Sequence record: NC_061447.1
Strand: one strand, 5' to 3'
DNA: 64,000 nt
Shown: piece after piece, positions 62,410-64,000 of the stretch
How the letters are laid out: every line of letters begins with the position of its first letter
How positions within the stretch are numbered: the stretch's first letter is position 1
Notes under the pieces: generated by a model
The model's input: the letters and a program-made list of their open reading frames with translations, nothing else
Told to the model about the DNA's origin: nothing
Database searches by the model: none
Translations under genes and position numbers: made by a program

Positions 62410-63549
62410 ATGATCACAGAAGAATTAGGTCTTAATGCTTATCTGGCACAGCGTCTGGGAATTGAGGAATCCTCAGAGGCGTTCCAACGAGTATACGCTG
62501 CAACGATTCGTTATATTGGCAGCGGTTATAATTCCATCGCGGGCTATCACCGCGACTTGCAAGCAGCCGTTGATTTTAAGCAGTACGAATTTACTGCTCC
62601 TGACTTGCGTATTGAGATATCTTCCATTTGTCGTTTCACGTTGAAGATGCGTTTCTTCGTGCTGGCTGTATGCTTGCACAAGAATCCGAAAGAAACAGTT
62701 TTGAAATACGCCTCGTATGGCCTGTCGAAGCGCGAAGCCGTGTTAGCATGGAACTTGGTGCTGAAAGACGATGCGAAGCGTACACAGATTCGTCGTTGTG
62801 CGAAAGCGCGAGCGAAGTCCAAAGGTGGTCTTGATATCACTATGGTCAGTAGCAATGAATTGCGCTTGCGCCTTGAGCAGTCTGCTAGCCTGTTCGGTGA
62901 GATTCACCGCAGCGCCAAGCGTCTGTGCAGAAAGAAATTGCAGTGGGTGTCAGTAAGCCACAACATTCCTATCGCGGACCTTACCTGCGATATCATGTGT
63001 AAGGTCTTGCTGTCGTATTATCAGTCTCTGCCTAATCGTTTTAGTGAGGGCCACCAGCTTAACTACTTACGTGCGTCACTGACGAACCGCATTAACAACA
63101 TGAACAACTACTACGGCGCTGAGAAGCGCAAGCGTATGAAGAAAGTGGGCGAAGACAAATATGAGATCGTGGTTATGTCTGACAATCAGATGTGGCACAA
63201 TCCAGAAGATGATTCGTCTAACTCTTACGAAGACATGTTGGGTGAGGATGCTCGCGTACACACCGAGCAGATGGAAAACAATCTGACCATCAATCGTCTG
63301 CTGGAAGATTCAGAAGGAACGAAACGCCACAAGCTGTATCAAACGGTACTCGGCCGTGATTGTGCTGAGTTCACCGAATATCTGCGTGAGAACGGAATGC
63401 TTAAACAGACCATGACATGTGCCACTCAGTGGATAATGTCAAAGCCTACGAAGTTCATACGCAAGACTCTGGCCAAATGGTTAGAGGTTAGCGTTGACGC
63501 CATAACAGGTGGTCTGGAAACATTACGTGGTTCATTACAGGTAGCATGA
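62410..63549 (+). CDS. Divergent RNA polymerase sigma-factor-like protein (putative)
   Basis: ADLTCDIMCKVLLSYY...NYLRASLTNRINNM...AEKRKR resembles sigma region 2.1-2.4; C-terminal helices end in ...AKWLEVSVDAI (region 4-like). Confidence 0.45.
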   Translation: MITEELGLNAYLAQRLGIEESSEAFQRVYAATIRYIGSGYNSIAGYHRDLQAAVDFKQYEFTAPDLRIEISSICRFTLKMRFFVLAVCLHKNPKETVLKYASYGLSKREAVLAWNLVLKDDAKRTQIRRCAKARAKSKGGLDITMVSSNELRLRLEQSASLFGEIHRSAKRLCRKKLQWVSVSHNIPIADLTCDIMCKVLLSYYQSLPNRFSEGHQLNYLRASLTNRINNMNNYYGAEKRKRMKKVGEDKYEIVVMSDNQMWHNPEDDSSNSYEDMLGEDARVHTEQMENNLTINRLLEDSEGTKRHKLYQTVLGRDCAEFTEYLRENGMLKQTMTCATQWIMSKPTKFIRKTLAKWLEVSVDAITGGLETLRGSLQVA

Positions 63550-63938
63550 GGGGTCACCATATAGTTATGCAAGCATCAATCATTAACACTGACGTAGAGC
63601 GTTGCGCTCTCGCCCTGTTCACTCGTCCGCAGCTGGACGAGGACTATAAGCGTACCGTGTTGTACCTCGTGTATAAGACTGTAAATCGTAATGGCATGAT
63701 GCAAGTCAATCGTCTGGTGTTTGAACTCAGCCAGAAGTATGGCCTGAACAAAGAAGATGTGAAGTCTGCTATCAGTGCGCTCAAAGCGCCTGCGGCATTC
63801 AACTCGCTTTCTGTGTTCGTGCCTCGTGCAGATCTGAAAGCTAACCGTGTATGTCGTGTTAATTCAAACGAAGCGATTGATAACTGGATCGCAGAAGTAG
63901 AATCGACTCGACCTCATATCACCCGCTTGTTGCAGTAG
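63546..63938 (+). CDS. Hypothetical protein (possible winged helix)
   Basis: ATGA overlap; start may be a downstream ATG. Confidence 0.7.
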   Translation: MRGHHIVMQASIINTDVERCALALFTRPQLDEDYKRTVLYLVYKTVNRNGMMQVNRLVFELSQKYGLNKEDVKSAISALKAPAAFNSLSVFVPRADLKANRVCRVNSNEAIDNWIAEVESTRPHITRLLQ

Positions 63939-63946
63939 GGGCGTAA

Positions 63947-64000
63947 ATGGAAATGTTTTCGCTTGGCCTGGAAGTTCGGGCCATTCGAACAGTAACGAAC
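63947..64000 (+). CDS. Start of the next CDS, truncated by the window edge
   Basis: AGGGG RBS, ATG, open to the end (MEMFSLGLEVRAIRTVTN). Confidence 0.5.
   Translation, partial: MEMFSLGLEVRAIRTVTN

Noticed and set aside
1-64000. Stop-codon reassignment or programmed readthrough
   Set aside because: ORFs are full-length under the standard code. The two TAG/TAA junctions I checked (16997/17000, 21035/21038) put the next gene out of frame; I did not test all junctions.

Overview
A 64 kb segment of a large lytic (jumbo-type) tailed-phage genome, probably infecting an enterobacterial host. This is inferred from a near-verbatim YbiI-like C-terminus, sigma70-type -10 boxes and roughly 50% GC; the layout recalls the Erwinia/Dickeya Y3-JA11-AD1-type myoviruses, but that is from memory and unverified. 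About 95 tightly packed CDSs all lie on the + strand, and I saw no tRNA, CRISPR array, integrase or capsid genes. Recognisable genes: the C-terminal part of an intein-interrupted RecA/UvsX-like recombinase, an AcrVA2/FinQ-family protein, a NADAR/DUF6939-like protein, RHH and XRE regulators, a GNAT-like protein, RNA 2'-phosphotransferase (KptA/Tpt1), a radical SAM enzyme with a Cys-rich tail, a YbiI-type DksA/TraR zinc finger, UV-damage endonuclease, dUTPase, an SLT lytic transglycosylase, an HD hydrolase, GyrB-like and GyrA-like type IIA topoisomerase subunits, an HNH-RHH protein and a divergent sigma-like protein. The strongest unexplained signals are: (1) a 41.6-55.3 kb cluster of very acidic and very basic disordered proteins, including a histone-H1-like protein, which share a repeated helix-extension-helix module and sit next to topoisomerase II, a candidate phage chromatin or condensate system; (2) two phage-specific promoter classes, one with a 19-nt element fixed 32-33 nt upstream of a mostly extended -10, the other a (T)CTGTAAA(T/C)A motif; (3) structured intergenic RNAs at about 41.43-41.62 kb (T-arm mimic plus H-type pseudoknot) and about 59.47-59.72 kb. 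All family assignments come from motif recognition by eye; no database searches were run.
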